Source of the DNA: Octopus vulgaris | Lineage: Eukaryota | Reading direction: 5' to 3' | Length of the DNA: 64,000 bases | NCBI GenBank assembly: GCA_951406725.2 | Contig: OX597819.1 | Location: 34,224,001-34,288,000, forward strand | Shown: positions 24,681 through 38,827 of the stretch, in pieces | Numbering within the stretch: the stretch's first letter is position 1 | Layout: every line of letters starts with the position of its first letter | Position numbers and translations under genes: made by a program | The notes under the pieces: generated by a model | Database searches by the model: none | The model's input: only the letters and a program-made list of their open reading frames with translations | Told to the model about the DNA's origin: nothing

Positions 24681-27600
24681 CTTTCAGAAGCATTCAGAAT
24701 CCATGCAGAGCTACCTATAAAATTCTACCTATTTTTGCTTTATTATCTCTTTCCAGGTAAAGAATAGACTCAAAGCTTTTGTTTTGATGCGGTAGGTACT
24801 CAATGAAATGTAATGAAATGTGGTACTGAATATAGTCTTTGAGTAAAGAAAAATGCACTCAACACAAAGCACAGATAATACAAAATTTCAACATGACAAC
24901 ATACACATACATATGCACATGCACACACACACATGCACACATCAATACATACATATGCACATGCACACAAATAATATGCACACATACACATATGCATGTA
25001 TGTGTATGTGTGTAAAACAAGACAGTTATTGCAAGAGCCATTAAATTATGAATGCTGCAAAGAACAAACTTGATTGTTTCTTGTGATTATTATCACTTCA
25101 TCAGCAATATTTAGTACATCCAATCTACAAAAAGAGAAAGGAACTCTTGTACTTGTTTCAGTCATTTGACTGTGGCCATACTGGAGCACTGCCTTTAGTC
25201 AAGCAAATCGACCCCAGGACTTATTCTTTGTAAGTCTAGTACTTATTCTATCAGTCTCTTTTGCCGAACAGCTAAGTGACGGGGATCAGAAGGAGGAGGA
25301 GGGGGAGGAATAGATATCTTTACAAGGTTAATTAGTAAGACAAGTTTATACACAATATAACTAGAAGATTATGCATCTGTAATAGAATATTTGGTTCAAA
25401 TCATTTCTAACATTCTCTCCTACCCATTCTCTTTCTCTTTGACACACACAAAGATGTACCGCACACTACATAACTGTCTTTTTAATTTACATCACAAATG
25501 ATCAACAAAATAATGTTGTTGCATACAACCAATCAACAAAATAATAAAATAATCACTTTATTAAAAATTACTGAGAAATTAAATTGTTTCATTTAGCTCA
25601 GGCATACAGCTTCAGCATTTGAGACACAAGTATATACATGCCTAATATTACACCTGGTATTTGTTGATACTGTAATCAAGAAACATTTGGATCAGAAGTA
25701 AAAATAATGATTTCACTGCATTCACTAGGACTTAAACGAGTGAGTCTTTCTGGTATATCAGACGGCTCCTGCTCATATGCATGTTGAGACCACCTTCCTG
25801 GTATGTCACTGGCAATCACCAACAGAATATTCCTAAGTGGACCCAGAGATTGCTTGGGTCAAATTCTTTGCATGTCAGCATGACAATCATCAATGGAACA
25901 TTCTTTGGTAGAACTAGAATTTGACCCTTTTCCTGTGGACCCTAGCCTTCCAGATGGAACAATATCTTCAGTTGAGATAATGTTAGTTTGACTCTGAGTA
26001 TTCTATATATTTATTCATTTACTCGTTGAGTCTTGAGGAAGGGCAGTGTTCATGACATTTGCAACCTCCAGACCCTGAGAAAAGTGAGACTAATGATATC
26101 ATTGTTGTGCTTAAACTGTTGGATCAACCTCTGTAGGAAATACATAAGCAGAAGAAAATTCTAGAGAACCAAGGCTCAAGTCATATCAAGATGACGTAAA
26201 ACTTCATGTAAATCTAAGATTCCAGAAAATGTTATAGTGGAGTATTTGGTAAGAGTATTAATAACAGCTATCATCTTTGCCAGATAATGTGTCAGACGTT
26301 ATAATTGAAGAACAATAAGTTTACATGCCAACTAAGAATTTTCTTCCTTTTTTTTGTTTTGTTTTTTCACTACATTAAGGACTAAATATGAATAAGATCA
26401 CTTGTTGATGAGAGTGTCATGTAAAAAGCTTCAAAGTAAACGTGTTTATCATTTGCTAATGCTTTCCATGATAGCTTCTTTTCAATTGATGAGAGATTTT
26501 GTTCGGGACGAAAAAGAATTCTGGAGAAAAACAAGGAACAGTTTTATTACTCTGTGAAAGGATCCCCAAGATTGCTGTTCCTGAAGCATTAATTTTGACA
26601 AGTAATGAAAATTTAAAGTAAGATAGGTGATAGAGGGGCATTGACTACTGAAGTTTCAAACAGATAAATAGCATTTAGGAATTTAGTGGAGGTTGAATGA
26701 GTTCCGATATAAGAGAGACCCATTTAATTATGAAGAAAGTAGTAGTTGTTGTCAAGTAGAAATTCAATGTGCCAACAAAGATTCTTATGATTCCTTGGTT
26801 TTTCTTATACTTTTGAGACAAAATATCAATGAGATCTCCACTTCATCATTGTGCATTGCTAGGCATTCAGTAATTAATGAGGTTTTTTTCAATTTTTCTG
26901 GTTAGGGTGCAGATAATTATTTCTGATTTTGTGTCCTAGGTAACAAATGGATATTTGTCGGCGAAGAGATTGGACCCATTATATGATGTAATGTTGGGTT
27001 TCTTAGTAACGGAAGATAATTGAACGAAGTCACTATCATAACTTCTCAATAGTTTTGTTAACGATGATATCATTGGAATCCACACAAACACCTTTGATAT
27101 CCTTGTGCGTAATTATACAATCCATCACTCTCTCTACACTATCATCATTGCTTTAGACGCACCAAAGGCAATTTTGTAAACTGAAATAAGTCTCTACCAG
27201 ATTGAAATGCAGTTTATCATGATTGGGGAGTGGAACCTGATAGTATAGTGTTATCAGATCCCCACCCCACACACATTTTTTGTTTTTTTTTTGCCAGTAG
27301 AATTTATTGTAGGAAACAGAGCACAAGATCTTCAATACTAGTTTTAAATTTTGGCACAAGGCCAGCAAGTTATGGGAGAGGGGTGGGAAAGTTGATTACA
27401 TCAACCCCAGTGCTCAACTGGTACTTATTTTATCAACCCCCAAAAGGATAAAAACTAGAGTTGATCTTTACAGAATATGAACTCAGTATAAAGATAAATG
27501 AAATACTGTGATGGAATTTGCTTGGCGTGCTAACGATTCTGCCAGCTTACTGAGATCTTCAGTATTAAGAAGTGTATAAGTTTATCCCTTGTGAGTATTT

Positions 27601-27976
27601 GATAAGATGTTATAAGTCAGTGTTTCCTTCTACAGCCACTTGCACTGGTTATAAAGGAACTGAGGGTTCAATAATACCGTTATCAAGATATGTTTAATCT
27701 TCAACCAATATTTCATTGAATGGTAAAAAGAAGTATAAAGAGTCAGTGGCAATTGGTTTCAAATTATATGGGAGTGAAAACATATGAAGAGGAGTCATCA
27801 ACATGGAAACAAGTTGAGCAATAATAAATCTTTGATATATAACAGTCATGTCATTTAAGAATGCCATGTGCCAGTGGAATGTAAAAAGCATCTGTGTTGG
27901 TGCCACATAGACATCACTTGTGCTAGTGCCCTGTAACAGGCACTCATACCAGTATCTGTGCTGGTGCTGTGTTTCA

Positions 27977-28184
27977 CCCTTTTGATGCCAACCTGGGTGA
28001 AACCGTTTCTGGCTCTGTAGAACAAATGTCTTGTTTTCAAAATTTCTGAATTAAGATTTTCCACCAAAACTTAGTCACAATTTATGTTCTAACTTATTTT
28101 ACTAAATTCTTTGTTATATTTAAAATTAACTGAAAAAACCCCAGAAAAACAGAGCATCTTAACAGAACTATGGTAACAAAAGGA
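27977..28184. mobile_element. Degenerate piggyBac-like MITE inside an RTE 3'UTR
   Basis: TTCA|CCCTTTTGATGCC ... GGTAACAAAAGGA|TTAG, a decayed version of TTAA|CCCTTTTG..CAAAAGGG|TTAA. Confidence 0.55.
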
Positions 28185-28685
28185 TTAGAGCACCTGAGCC
28201 AGTGCTACATAAATAGCACTTGTGCTAGTACCATGTTAAAACCACCCAGCACACTCTGTAAAGTGGTTAGTATTAGGAAGGGCATCCATCCATAGAAACC
28301 AAGCCAAATCAGATTGGGACTTGGTGAGGCTCCCCATCTTGTCAGCTGTGATCAAACCATCCAACACATGCCAACATTGAAAACAGACTTTTAATTATCA
28401 TGATGATAATGATGTACCGGATTCATAGAGTAACACAAGTTATGTAAACTTTTTAATGTACCTTTTAATGTATAAAAGACCAAAAAAAACCCAGAAAAAA
28501 AACAACAAATGGGCACAAGCATGGCCATATAGTAAGAAGTTTGCTTCTCAACCACATGGTAATTCAATCCTACTGTGTATCACCTTGAGCAAGTGTCTTC
28601 CACTGTAGCCTTAGTCCAATCAAAATGTTGTGAGTAAATCTGGTAGATGAAAAGGGCAAAAAGCCTGTTGTGTGTGTGTGTGTGT

Positions 28686-28897
28686 GTTGTTGTTGTTGTT
28701 GTTAAGCAACAAGATGGGTAAGGGTGATTAGGTGATGGTCTAGGGCTTAGGGGCGGGAGACCCCAGACCTTGGAAAAAAAAATAAACTTTAGTCATCTTG
28801 TTGTAGTCGAGGGCTCTTTGTTGACGCCCAACACCACTGGGAGGTGGCCCTCGAGGTCGCTGGAAATGGAGAGCTCCAGGTCGAAAGTCTTGAACGG
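28686..28897 (-). mobile_element. GC-rich retroposed 3' fragment with (AAC)n tail inserted in the (TG)n of a SINE A
   Basis: Sharp GC shift; flanked by (TG)n on both sides; (TTG)n tract at the left end. Confidence 0.55.
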
Positions 28898-29563
28898 GTG
28901 TGTGTGTGTTTGTGTGTGTGTGTGTTTGTGTGTGCATGTGTGTACGTGTGTCTTTGTATTTTGTGTTTATCCATCATCGCTGCTTAACAACTGGAGTTGG
29001 TTTGTTTACATCTTCATAAATTAGTAATTCAGCAAAGGATACCAACAGTACCAGATTTGAGGGAAAAAAAGGTACTGTGATTGATTTGTTTGACTAAACA
29101 CTTCAAGGTGGTGGCCCCACCATAGCCACAGCCAATGACTGGAAGAATTAAAAAATAAAAGATAGACAGAGATTTTGAAACACATAAAGATGAAGAAATC
29201 ATCTGCTTAGTATGAGATGCCAGGTGAATTCAAAGACCTTGACAGAATATTCTGGCAGACATCCTTAGCTATGAAACTGGTAATGCTAGTGGAATCGAGT
29301 AAAGCGTCAATATATTGGTTAACCATATATATGCTAATAGCTATTTCTTCAAGAAATGAATCAAGGGACAGAGAATAACCAAAAACAAAAAAAAGATGAG
29401 ATTCAGTATATAGAAATAGAGGAATGAAATCAAGATACTATGGAAAGAGATAGAGAGAAAGAGAGAGAGAGAATAACACAAGAATAAAAGGGATGAGAGA
29501 AAGAATGAGAAAGAAAGAGGAAGAGAGGTGTCTGAAGAAGATTGGAAGGTAATAAAACAACAA

Positions 29564-29982
29564 AGGCGCAGGAGTGGCTGTGTGGTAAGTAGCTTGTTTA
29601 CCAACCAGATGGTTCTGGGTTCAGTTCCACTGTGTGGCACCTTGGGCAAGTGTCTTCTACTATAGCCTCGGGCCGACCAAAGCCTTGTGAGTGGATTTGG
29701 TAGACGGAAACTGAAAGAAGCTCGTCGTATATATGTATATATATATATATGTGTGTGTATGTTTGTGTGTCTGTGTTTGTCCCCCTAGCATTGCTTGACA
29801 ACCGATGCTGGTGTGTTTGTGTCCCCGTTACTTAGCGGTTCGGCAAAAGAGACCGATAGAATAAGTACTGGGCTTACAAAGAATAAGTCCTGGGGTTGAT
29901 TTGCTCGACTAAAGGTAGTGCCCCAGCATGGCCACAGTCAAATGACTGAAACAAGTAAAAGAGTAAAAGAGTACAAGAGTAA
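29564..29982 (+). mobile_element. SINE family A (reference-quality copy)
   Basis: GGCGCAGGAGTGGCTGTGTGGTAAG (box A), GGTTCAGTTCC (box B), ACCTTGGGCAAGTG (CORE-like), internal TA/TG tract, GTAAAAGA-repeat tail. Confidence 0.95.
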
Positions 29983-30777
29983 AGGTGATAGGCAGAGACC
30001 AGAAGATAATTACTGTATAAACGTCCTTCCTCAAGCGTAGTTGTTCACAAGTTGTTTTGATATTTAAGTAAGATATAGTCAAGACAGGTATTATAGAATT
30101 GATAGTGGGTCCCCAGCGAGCTGAGCTGACAAGTTGGATTTGGTTCTGAATTATGAAGCAGTTCTTAGAAAACTTTGGTCAAAGCAGAACTGTCATAGAA
30201 CTAATTTATTTTCACTTCAAAGTCAAACTGGCTCCTTCCCTTCTTTTTAAAAATATATTTAATCATAAACAATGAAATAAGGATCACACATATGAGATAA
30301 GTTAGATATTTGCTTACTGTATATGTGACTGTTTACATTAGTAAGCCAACAAAATGTTGTATGGGTTAGAGATTACGTAAGCTAAAATTAAAAGGGATTC
30401 CAGATTATATAAAGTAAATTTAAACCGGCACAGGAAGAAGTTTGCCAATTAGTTCTGGGTTCAGTCCCAATATGTGTTACTTTGGGTAAGCATCTTCTAC
30501 CATGGGTCCAGGCTATGAGTGAATTCAGTGGACAGAAACTGGAAAAAAGTCCTTCATACAAATAGGTGTGTGTGTGTGTCTGCGTCTGTGTGTGTGTGTG
30601 TGTGTGTGTATGTGTACACTTGCGTCGGAAATTAATTAGCACGTCTCAAATTTCTACATTTTCTTACATTTTCTTAATTTAATTAACTTATTATCAGAAA
30701 CGAACTCGTTTTTAATCAAAAATTTATTAAAACATATCCCAGCACACCACATAATTGTTATTAATCGTGAAATTTAG

Positions 30778-31743
30778 TCAATATCTTGTTGCTCCTCCTT
30801 TGGCAGCAATGACAGCTGCTACGCAGGTCGGCATGCTGTCTATGAGTGCCTGCAGGTACTGTGCAGGGATGGCCCTCCATGCAGCAAGAAGTGCCCCAAA
30901 CAGCTCGTGTCAGTTCCTGTATTGCTTCACATTCAAATCCCTACTCAATCGACTCCAGAGGTTCTCAATAGGATTCAGGTCAGGTGACTGGCCAGGCCAG
31001 TCCATGACCGTCACCCCATGGTCCTTGAAGAAACCGGTTGTGAGCTTGGCTGTGTGGGAAGGCGCGTTGTCCTGCTGGAGCACGTACTCCTCGCCACCAA
31101 AGAGGTATCCCGTACTATCTCAACGTACTTTGCTGCGTTGATGTTGCCTTCGATGGCATAGAGCCGCCCAACACCACTGTATCTGAACGCCCCTCACACC
31201 ATCAGACCACCCCCACCATGCTTCATGGTGGGAGCAATGCAGTCTTTGTTGAAGCGCTCACCCCTGCAGCGTCGCACATGGACAGGCTTGTCACTGACGA
31301 GACTGAATCGCGACTCGTCAGTGAACATCACTGTCTGCCACTGCTGCACGGTCCATGTCTTGTGGGCACGGGCCCAGAGCAGCCGCCTCTTCCGGTTTTG
31401 GGCTGTAAGGAGCAGCTTCCAGTAATCTGGTCTTGACGGTGGTTGCAGACAACTGCTTCCCTGTCATCTTTTGCATCTCCTCCACCAGTTGCCGGCTCGT
31501 TGCCCTTCGGTTGTACAGTGACTTTCGGATCAGCATCCGGTCCTCCTGCTGGGTCGTCAGCCTCTTCCGTCCCCTACCCTTTTTGTCAGCTGCTGATCTG
31601 GTTTCCTTGTATTTCTTAAATAAGCACTGAATTGTGCGCCTGGCTACACCAAGTTTTCTGGCTATTGCAGCCTCCGACAGCTTCCCACGCCACGAGAGAG
31701 CCTCGTACCATCTCTCCAAGGTCATGCGAGGTCCTGGGCCCAT
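30778..31743 (-). pseudogene. Tc1 transposase (DD34E), frameshifted
   Basis: HTH AAIARKLGVARRTI, GRGRKR hook, FTDESRF, QQDNAPSH and WPGQSPDLNPIENLW, with 34 residues between D and E. Ends AKGGATRY-stop; no single open frame. Confidence 0.92.
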
Positions 31744-31901
31744 CTAGGAATGAACGATAAAAACCAGTTATTTTCAGTAAAACTATTCATTTGAATAATG
31801 TTATGCTATAACAAAACTGCTATGAGTTATTATTCATTAAACAAAAAGAAAGAAAGCAGAATTTCTCACCTTATTTGATGTATAACAGAAAGTTTTGTGA
31901 A

Positions 31902-31916
31902 CCGGAAGTGACGTCA
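31902..31916. promoter_or_regulatory. Overlapping ETS-CRE motif CCGGAAGTGACGTCA in the Tc1 promoter region
   Basis: Exact 15-mer lying ~160 bp upstream of the transposase ATG. Confidence 0.7.
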
Positions 31917-32419
31917 TCGAGCAGAGTGTAGGAGAATTTGTGAGGAAAAAAAAATCTTGCAAATACACAAATCAATTAACCTACGAGCTGTTCAAAACGT
32001 CTTACGCGATGAGAAAACTTAGTACGGTGTGATTTCGGTCCTTGCGAGGCGCTACCTATATCTATTAAACAAAGGAAGATTTGTCTGCATCCGCACTCCA
32101 AGTTGTTGTTGCACTGCTATGTCCACATCATTAGGCTGTAGACTCTCAAACTGCTCTGCAAACAAAGTTACGTCATCGTTCTGCACAACAGTGAACTCAC
32201 AACAAAGCAATAGTTCGAGATATGGCCACTAGGTGACAGCAAATACCTTGAATGAAGAGCAAATCAAGGGTGCTAATTAATTTCTGACGGTAGTGTATGT
32301 GTGTTGCTGTCTCCTAGCCTTGACATCATGTGATAAATGTAACGAAGTCACCATTATGCAAATCGTATCCTTTGTCTCCAATCTTCCATGAAAACATGCC
32401 TGGTCATGGAGTAATAACT

Positions 32420-32745
32420 GGTTCTCTGCTGGTCACAATGACTAGGGTTCCAGTTGATCCTATCAACAGAACAGCCTGCTCATGAAATTAACGTGCAGGT
32501 GACTGAGCACTCCACAGATACATGCACCCTAAATGTAGTTCTCAAAGAGATTCAGCATGACACAGAATGTGATAAGGCTGGCTCTTTGAAATATAGATAC
32601 TGCTCATTTTTACCAGCTGAGTAAATTGGAGCAACATGAAATAAAGTGTCTTGCTCAAGGACACAATGCACCACTAAGAACTGAATTGAACACATGACCT
32701 TACAATCGGGAGCTGAATGCCCTAACCACGAAGCCAACTGCCTAT
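32420..32745 (-). mobile_element. tRNA-derived SINE with CORE-like middle and the tail shared with 38830
   Basis: Minus strand GTGTCCTTGAGCAAGACACTTTATTTCA..AAAATGAG; tail TTTCAAAG..CCAGCCTT..ACGTTAATTTCATGAGCAGGCTGTT. Confidence 0.7.
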
Positions 32746-33029
32746 ACTATGGGGAAATATTAGCTTACTTGAAAACAGGTGAGGATTGGCTACATACAGA
32801 AAGGGCATCCAGCTACAGAGAATCTACCTCAACAAATTTCATCCAACTCTTATGAATATGGAAAAATGGGTGCTAAAACGATGATAATGATGATGACTAT
32901 GAAGATGAGGATGATGATGATGATGATGATGATGATCAAGGTCAGTTCTAAGCCAATTAGAGTTGTTTAAATTGGGCCCTGCACCAAGAGAGAGTCTCTC
33001 ACATATGCTCGAGCAGAGGATGCTATACT

Positions 33030-33508
<479 letters not shown>

Positions 33509-34999
33509 TGATGAATTTTTAGTATATCATTGGGGGCTAATGGTGGAGTCTCAAGCTCTCGACGCTTTTTGGCTAGGACTGGTGTACTACATGAAGCATA
33601 AAGCACCAATCTTCAGCTTTTGTAGATTAGAGGGCCCAACTGACAATTCTCTAATTTTCTCTAATAGGGCCCTGCACTTCCTAGTGCCAACCCTGATGAA
33701 GCTGATGATGGTGTTTGTGATGATAGGGGTGGGTGAAATTTAAGCCTCAATTTTGACTCCTTGAAACTAGAAAACAGCTCTACATGAATGAGAATGTGAT
33801 GAGTCAATAAACCAACTTTTCTATTATAACTATGGTGTTTAATGTAGTAAGAGAACATTGTCAAGTTAGATTACATAAGCTATGTCTTTAGATAAGAGAG
33901 ATTTACAATCAGCAGAGAGGAGGAAAAATGAATAAAAGTAAAAATAAAAGTGGTGTGTAAGATTTATCAGTTGCTTTCAGCAGGAATATTCAAATGGTAA
34001 AAATATAAATATGTAAAATAAACTAAAAAAACTAAAAACTGCAATGGTATACACCAATATCTTTAACTGTGATCTGATGATAATCTTAATTCTTTGATTT
34101 ATTTCAAATCTCTAACAGTAATTCTCAAACTATTTCAGTAAAAATAATAAATCAGAACCAAAACCTGGGTGGCGAAATTCTTAGAAAACAATCTCAAAAC
34201 AAATAAATGGTATCATTCTGTTTTGTCTCTATTAAAAAAAAAAAAAACAAAAAAAAAACAATTTCTTTGAATATTTGTTATTGTTGTTGTAACCATGGTA
34301 TCAGCAAACATTGCAAGAGAATGTAATTAATATGTATTTAATATGGTTGTCATTGCTGTTGCTGTTGTGACAGCATTTAATTGTCTGATAGATTCCTTAT
34401 ATATGTTAATTATCAAAACTAAGAATTACAATAATAAAAAATTGTAGCATTGGTGACAAAAATTTGCAAAAATAAATCAGTGCATGGCTGACTAAAAATT
34501 ATGACAGTGTTACATTATTTTGTTTGTCTTTTGTTCAAATATTTGCCATTGCTGTTGCTGCTGCTGCTGTTGTTTATTACACAAATCAAACAAACCAGTA
34601 CCCTCTCTTCCCCCTCACCACCACCTAAAAATAAAGAAAACAAGAAAGAGGTGAAAGAGTGTCTGAAAGCTCAAAGTGAAATCTGTAAGATTGTTTTCAA
34701 TCGAATGAATCAAAAAATGGTATCATTAATGCAAAATGGTATGACTGATATTCTAGACAGAATGTCTGAGATTAGAGCCTTAACGTTCTGCTGGTGCCAT
34801 CTTGTCTTTGCAGTCAATAAGATAAAATGATTTTGGATGATGTCGCCACCTCCAATGCCAACCTTTTCATCCTTACAGAATTTATTTCTTTAAAAAAGGC
34901 AAAGTTTTGAAAGAATTCTCCAGAATCATTCAAACCAATTTATTGCAGAGGAAGAGTTCTAAGAGACTAAGGCACTGGAAACTTAGTTCTTCACATTTT

Positions 35000-35726
35000 T
35001 GACATTGTTGTTGTTGTTGTTGTTGTTGCATCATTATGACTTCGTTATTCACGGGAAAGTGAAAGTAGTATGGTAGTTTTGGTAATAATGGAGGTGGTAA
35101 TGATAGCAGTATTGGTAGTGGTGGTGGTGGTGGTGGTGGTGGTTGTGCTAAAACTGATGATAGGGTGGTGGTGGTGGCAGTGGTGGTAGTAAAGACAGTG
35201 AAACGAGTGTGGTTATGGTGACAATGATAATATAATGATGATATAGTGATGGTGTTGCTGGGCAGTGATGGAGAGGCAAGATTGAAGTGATGGTATTAAT
35301 AGAGGAAGATGGTGGTATGGTGGTGATTGTGAAAGGAAAATGATGGTAGCATAAGACATGACCTTATCTGCAGCAGCTTGTTTACAGTTGTTGAGGCAAA
35401 AGAAAGAGACCGGAGAAGAGAGGAAATTATTGTCACTGGTGAATGAAACTGGCCTTTATATAATAATAATAGGGAACCAGAGTGTTACAGAAAGAGGTCG
35501 CTAAGTGTGATGCAGGGGATCAAGATGGGGGAAGGATATGATGGCAGGATGATGACGGGGGGGGGGCAGTGTGGTTATAGTGACGTGATGAGGGTGCCAT
35601 GTGGGGCTGCTGTGATGGGGGATAGGTGCAGTGATGGGGGGGTGTTGTGATGGGGGTGCTGTATGTGGGTGTTGTGGTGTGATGGTAGACGGAGTGGTGG
35701 TGGTGGTGGTAGTGGTAGTAGTAGTG

Positions 35727-35761
<35 letters not shown>

Positions 35762-35785
35762 TAGTAGCAGCAGTAGCAGCTGTGG
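35000..35785. repeat. Low-complexity GT-skewed trinucleotide region (TTG/GGT/GAT/TAG)
   Basis: Directly visible in the sequence. Confidence 0.85.
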
Positions 35786-36066
35786 TTTTCAAAATGAATG
35801 TTGTTGAATCTCAGTTCAACCTGTAATCAAGCAGATCAATAGATCAATGCATTTCAGTCGTGACCATCTCGTCAGTATTTTTTTCTTTTTATGTTTTTCG
35901 AGCACAATGCACCTTGGACTACATCATCCAGTGATTACAGCCAGTGTCTTTTTTGTTTTAGCTATTTCTAGGTAGCCAGTTATATGCCAGAATGGCAACA
36001 AGTGTACACGGTTTGCAGATATACAGAAGGGTTTGTAACCTTTCCATTGTAACTGAAGTCAATAAA

Positions 36067-36461
36067 TCTATATATATAAAAGTGAGGTTGTGTGGTGTCT
36101 GTCTCCTACGATTTAGATTCCTAACTACTCCCACATTTTGCAGTGCAGTTTAACCAAAAGCGGGTATCTTATAGTCGTGATTCATATCGAGCCCTTCTGG
36201 GTATTAGCATGCATCTACGATGAGTCTATGATTTAAAAAAAAATTTACCATCATTTTTTCCCATTTTTAATGCATTTTTGGCATATATAAGGGAAGTAAC
36301 TCTCTAAAAATGTATTATTAAATCTCAGAACGTAAAAAGCTACAGTAACACCCCCGTTTGTGGTTAGCCATATTGAGATGGCTATTATACTTTACATCTC
36401 TAAAAATGCTTATATAGTTATTTCCCTTACAAACTCGAGCAACGCCAGGCGATACTGCTAG
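36067..36461 (+). mobile_element. Non-autonomous Helitron (family H1)
   Basis: A^TCTATATATATAAAAGT ... CTCGAGCAACGCCAGG.GATACTGCTAG^T. Homologous to 9011-9411. Confidence 0.85.
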
Positions 36462-36884
36462 TCTATGATAAAAAATTTCCTATTCTTCGTTAGAAGAGAA
36501 AATATGGTCAGTGGTTAAGTGGCTTAGAATGGATTAGTAGCCAATAATAAGTGGATTAAATCGGTAGATGGCGAGAAATAAGCTAGAGGTAAGCTCTGAA
36601 AAGCTGAAATGTACTACAGCAGACCCAATGAAGATTTAGATTAAACAGCAAATGGACAAAAACAGTAAATATATTGATGGAATCCTGCAAACCTGATCAA
36701 TTTCTAATATGAAGGGGAAAAATATGAATCAGAAATTCGTTCTGTTGATAATACTGTCAACATGGATGAGAGTAAATCTTATTGAGCAAGCTAACATATT
36801 CTACAGAACTTTAGAATGGTATTTTCCTTCAAATTTCACTGGTTTACTGATCTTTTGTATCTTCTCTACAAGAAATTTTTTATA

Positions 36885-37101
36885 CTCTTTACTCTCTTTT
36901 ACTCTTTACTCTTTTACTTGTTTCAGTCATTTGACTGCGGCCGTGCTGGGGCACCGCCTTTAATCGAGCAGCTCAACCCCGGAACTTATTCATTTGTAAG
37001 CCCAGTACTTATTCTATCGATCTCTTTTGCCGAACTGCTAAGAAATGGGGGCATAAACATACCAGCATCAGGGGACAAACACAGATGCACAAACACAGAC
37101 A

Positions 37102-37155
<54 letters not shown>

Positions 37156-37740
37156 TACGGTGGGCTTCTTTCAGTTTCCGTCTACCAAATCCACTCACAA
37201 GGCTTTGGTCGCCCCAGAGACTATAGTAGAAGACACTTGCCCAAGGTGTCATGCAGTGGGACTGAACCCGGAACCATGTGGTTGGTAAACAAGCTACTTA
37301 CCACACAGCCACTCCTGCGCCTATGTGAAAAAGTTTAGGAAAATGTTATAATAGTAGCAGATATATATATTTATAGGTGGTGGGTAAAAAGCTTGCCTCC
37401 CAACCATGTAATTTGGGGTTCAGTCCTACAGTGTGGTACCTTGGACAAGTGTCTTCTGCAAAAAGATGCAAACTGAAAGAAGCTCATCATGTGTGTGTGT
37501 GCATGCATATACCTATATATCTTTGTGGGTATCTTTGGGTTTGTGTTGTGTTTGTCCATTTAACAACTGGTGTTGGTTTGTTTATGTTCCTGTAACTGTG
37601 CAGCTTGGGAAAAGAGACCTCTAGAATAAGTACCAGATTTAAAAAACAAGATGAGTACTACGATCAATTTGTTTGACTAAACTCTTCAAGGTGGTGCCAG
37701 CATGGCCACAGTCCAAAGACTGAAAACCCCATAAAAGATA
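36885..37740. mobile_element. Head-to-head SINE family A pair (36885-37322 minus; 37375-37740 plus)
   Basis: Consensus motifs in opposite orientations ~50 bp apart. Confidence 0.85.
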
Positions 37741-38827
37741 AACAATATCCTTCAGAAAATGTCTGTGTGGTGGGGTTGATCCCTTTAGTAGTTTGTGATT
37801 ATTTTTTTGTTTGGATCTGTGAAACTTCATCATATTACATCGTGCACCTTCAATGGATGAATGATGATGATGATGATGACAGTCAAATTTACAATAAAAC
37901 ATTTATTTTGTGAGATGCAAGAGTCCTTCTCAATATGCCTTTGGTCATGAAATTTCTCATCACTTTCTACAAATAAATTGCTGGTCTTGTGCCAAAATTT
38001 GAAAGCCACATGTACAAATAAAACAAAACAAAAAACATTCTAGATACAATAAAAATGACCACTAGAAAGCTACGAGAATATAGACTCAGATAAGATGGTA
38101 TGGTTTTGAACTCATTATATAAAGACACACAGCTAAATAACTTAAATCACTTAATATTGTGTTCACTTTCAATATAATGATCAATAATATTTTACATCAA
38201 TATGCTGTTCAATTCTCAGACCAAGCTATGTGTTGTGTTCTTGAGCAAGATACTTTACTTCACAGTGCTCCAGTTCACTTTGGTTTTCTATAACATTTAA
38301 TATTGTTTTCTATATCACTTTTACCAATTTATCTTCTTACTGCAGTAGAAAATTAAAAGTCGCAACAATACAAAAGTATTGTCACACCATTTCTGTCAAA
38401 GAGTAATAATTGTGAGAACAGCCTAGCATATTAACATACGTGCCTACATAAATACATTCACCGATACCTCTATATATATTTACAGACACACTGTGGGATG
38501 GAAGAGGCCTTGCGGCAGGCCCCACATCAGATGGCTAATCATGATTAAGGAAGATCTCCACAGGCTCAATGTCACCTTGGCAGATGCAGACCAGATATTG
38601 GTCTATTGGACAAGAAACAAAAATTATGCTTTGGTGTAGAGTTAAGCTTCCCAAGTAAGGTGAATTTTGAGAGAAACTAAGGAAAAGGAGAACGTATGAA
38701 GAAGTAATATGAAACTTAGAGTTTTTATATCCAGGCTATAAATGTTCAATTGTATCTATTTTAGATTTTTGGGGATATGAACATATGTATGCAATCACAT
38801 GTGTGTATAGCATACATACATACATGG

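Larger units (their letters stand above)
30617..32295 (-). mobile_element. Near full-length Tc1-family DNA transposon
   Basis: 26-bp TIRs CACTTGCGTCGGAAATTAATTAGCAC / GTGCTAATTAATTTCTGACGGTAGTG (3 mismatches) with TA TSDs. Confidence 0.95.

Noticed and set aside
24730-24762. Plus-strand TCTCTTTCCAG|GTAAAG as a recursive splice site (also 24600 and 2161)
   Set aside because: Weak donor or AAG acceptor, and the sites lie in or beside antisense TE relics where pyrimidine tracts arise by chance.
26690-27110. Possible Merlin/IS1595-like transposase relic (..GIHTNTFD)
   Set aside because: Only one short motif, many stops and no TIRs found.
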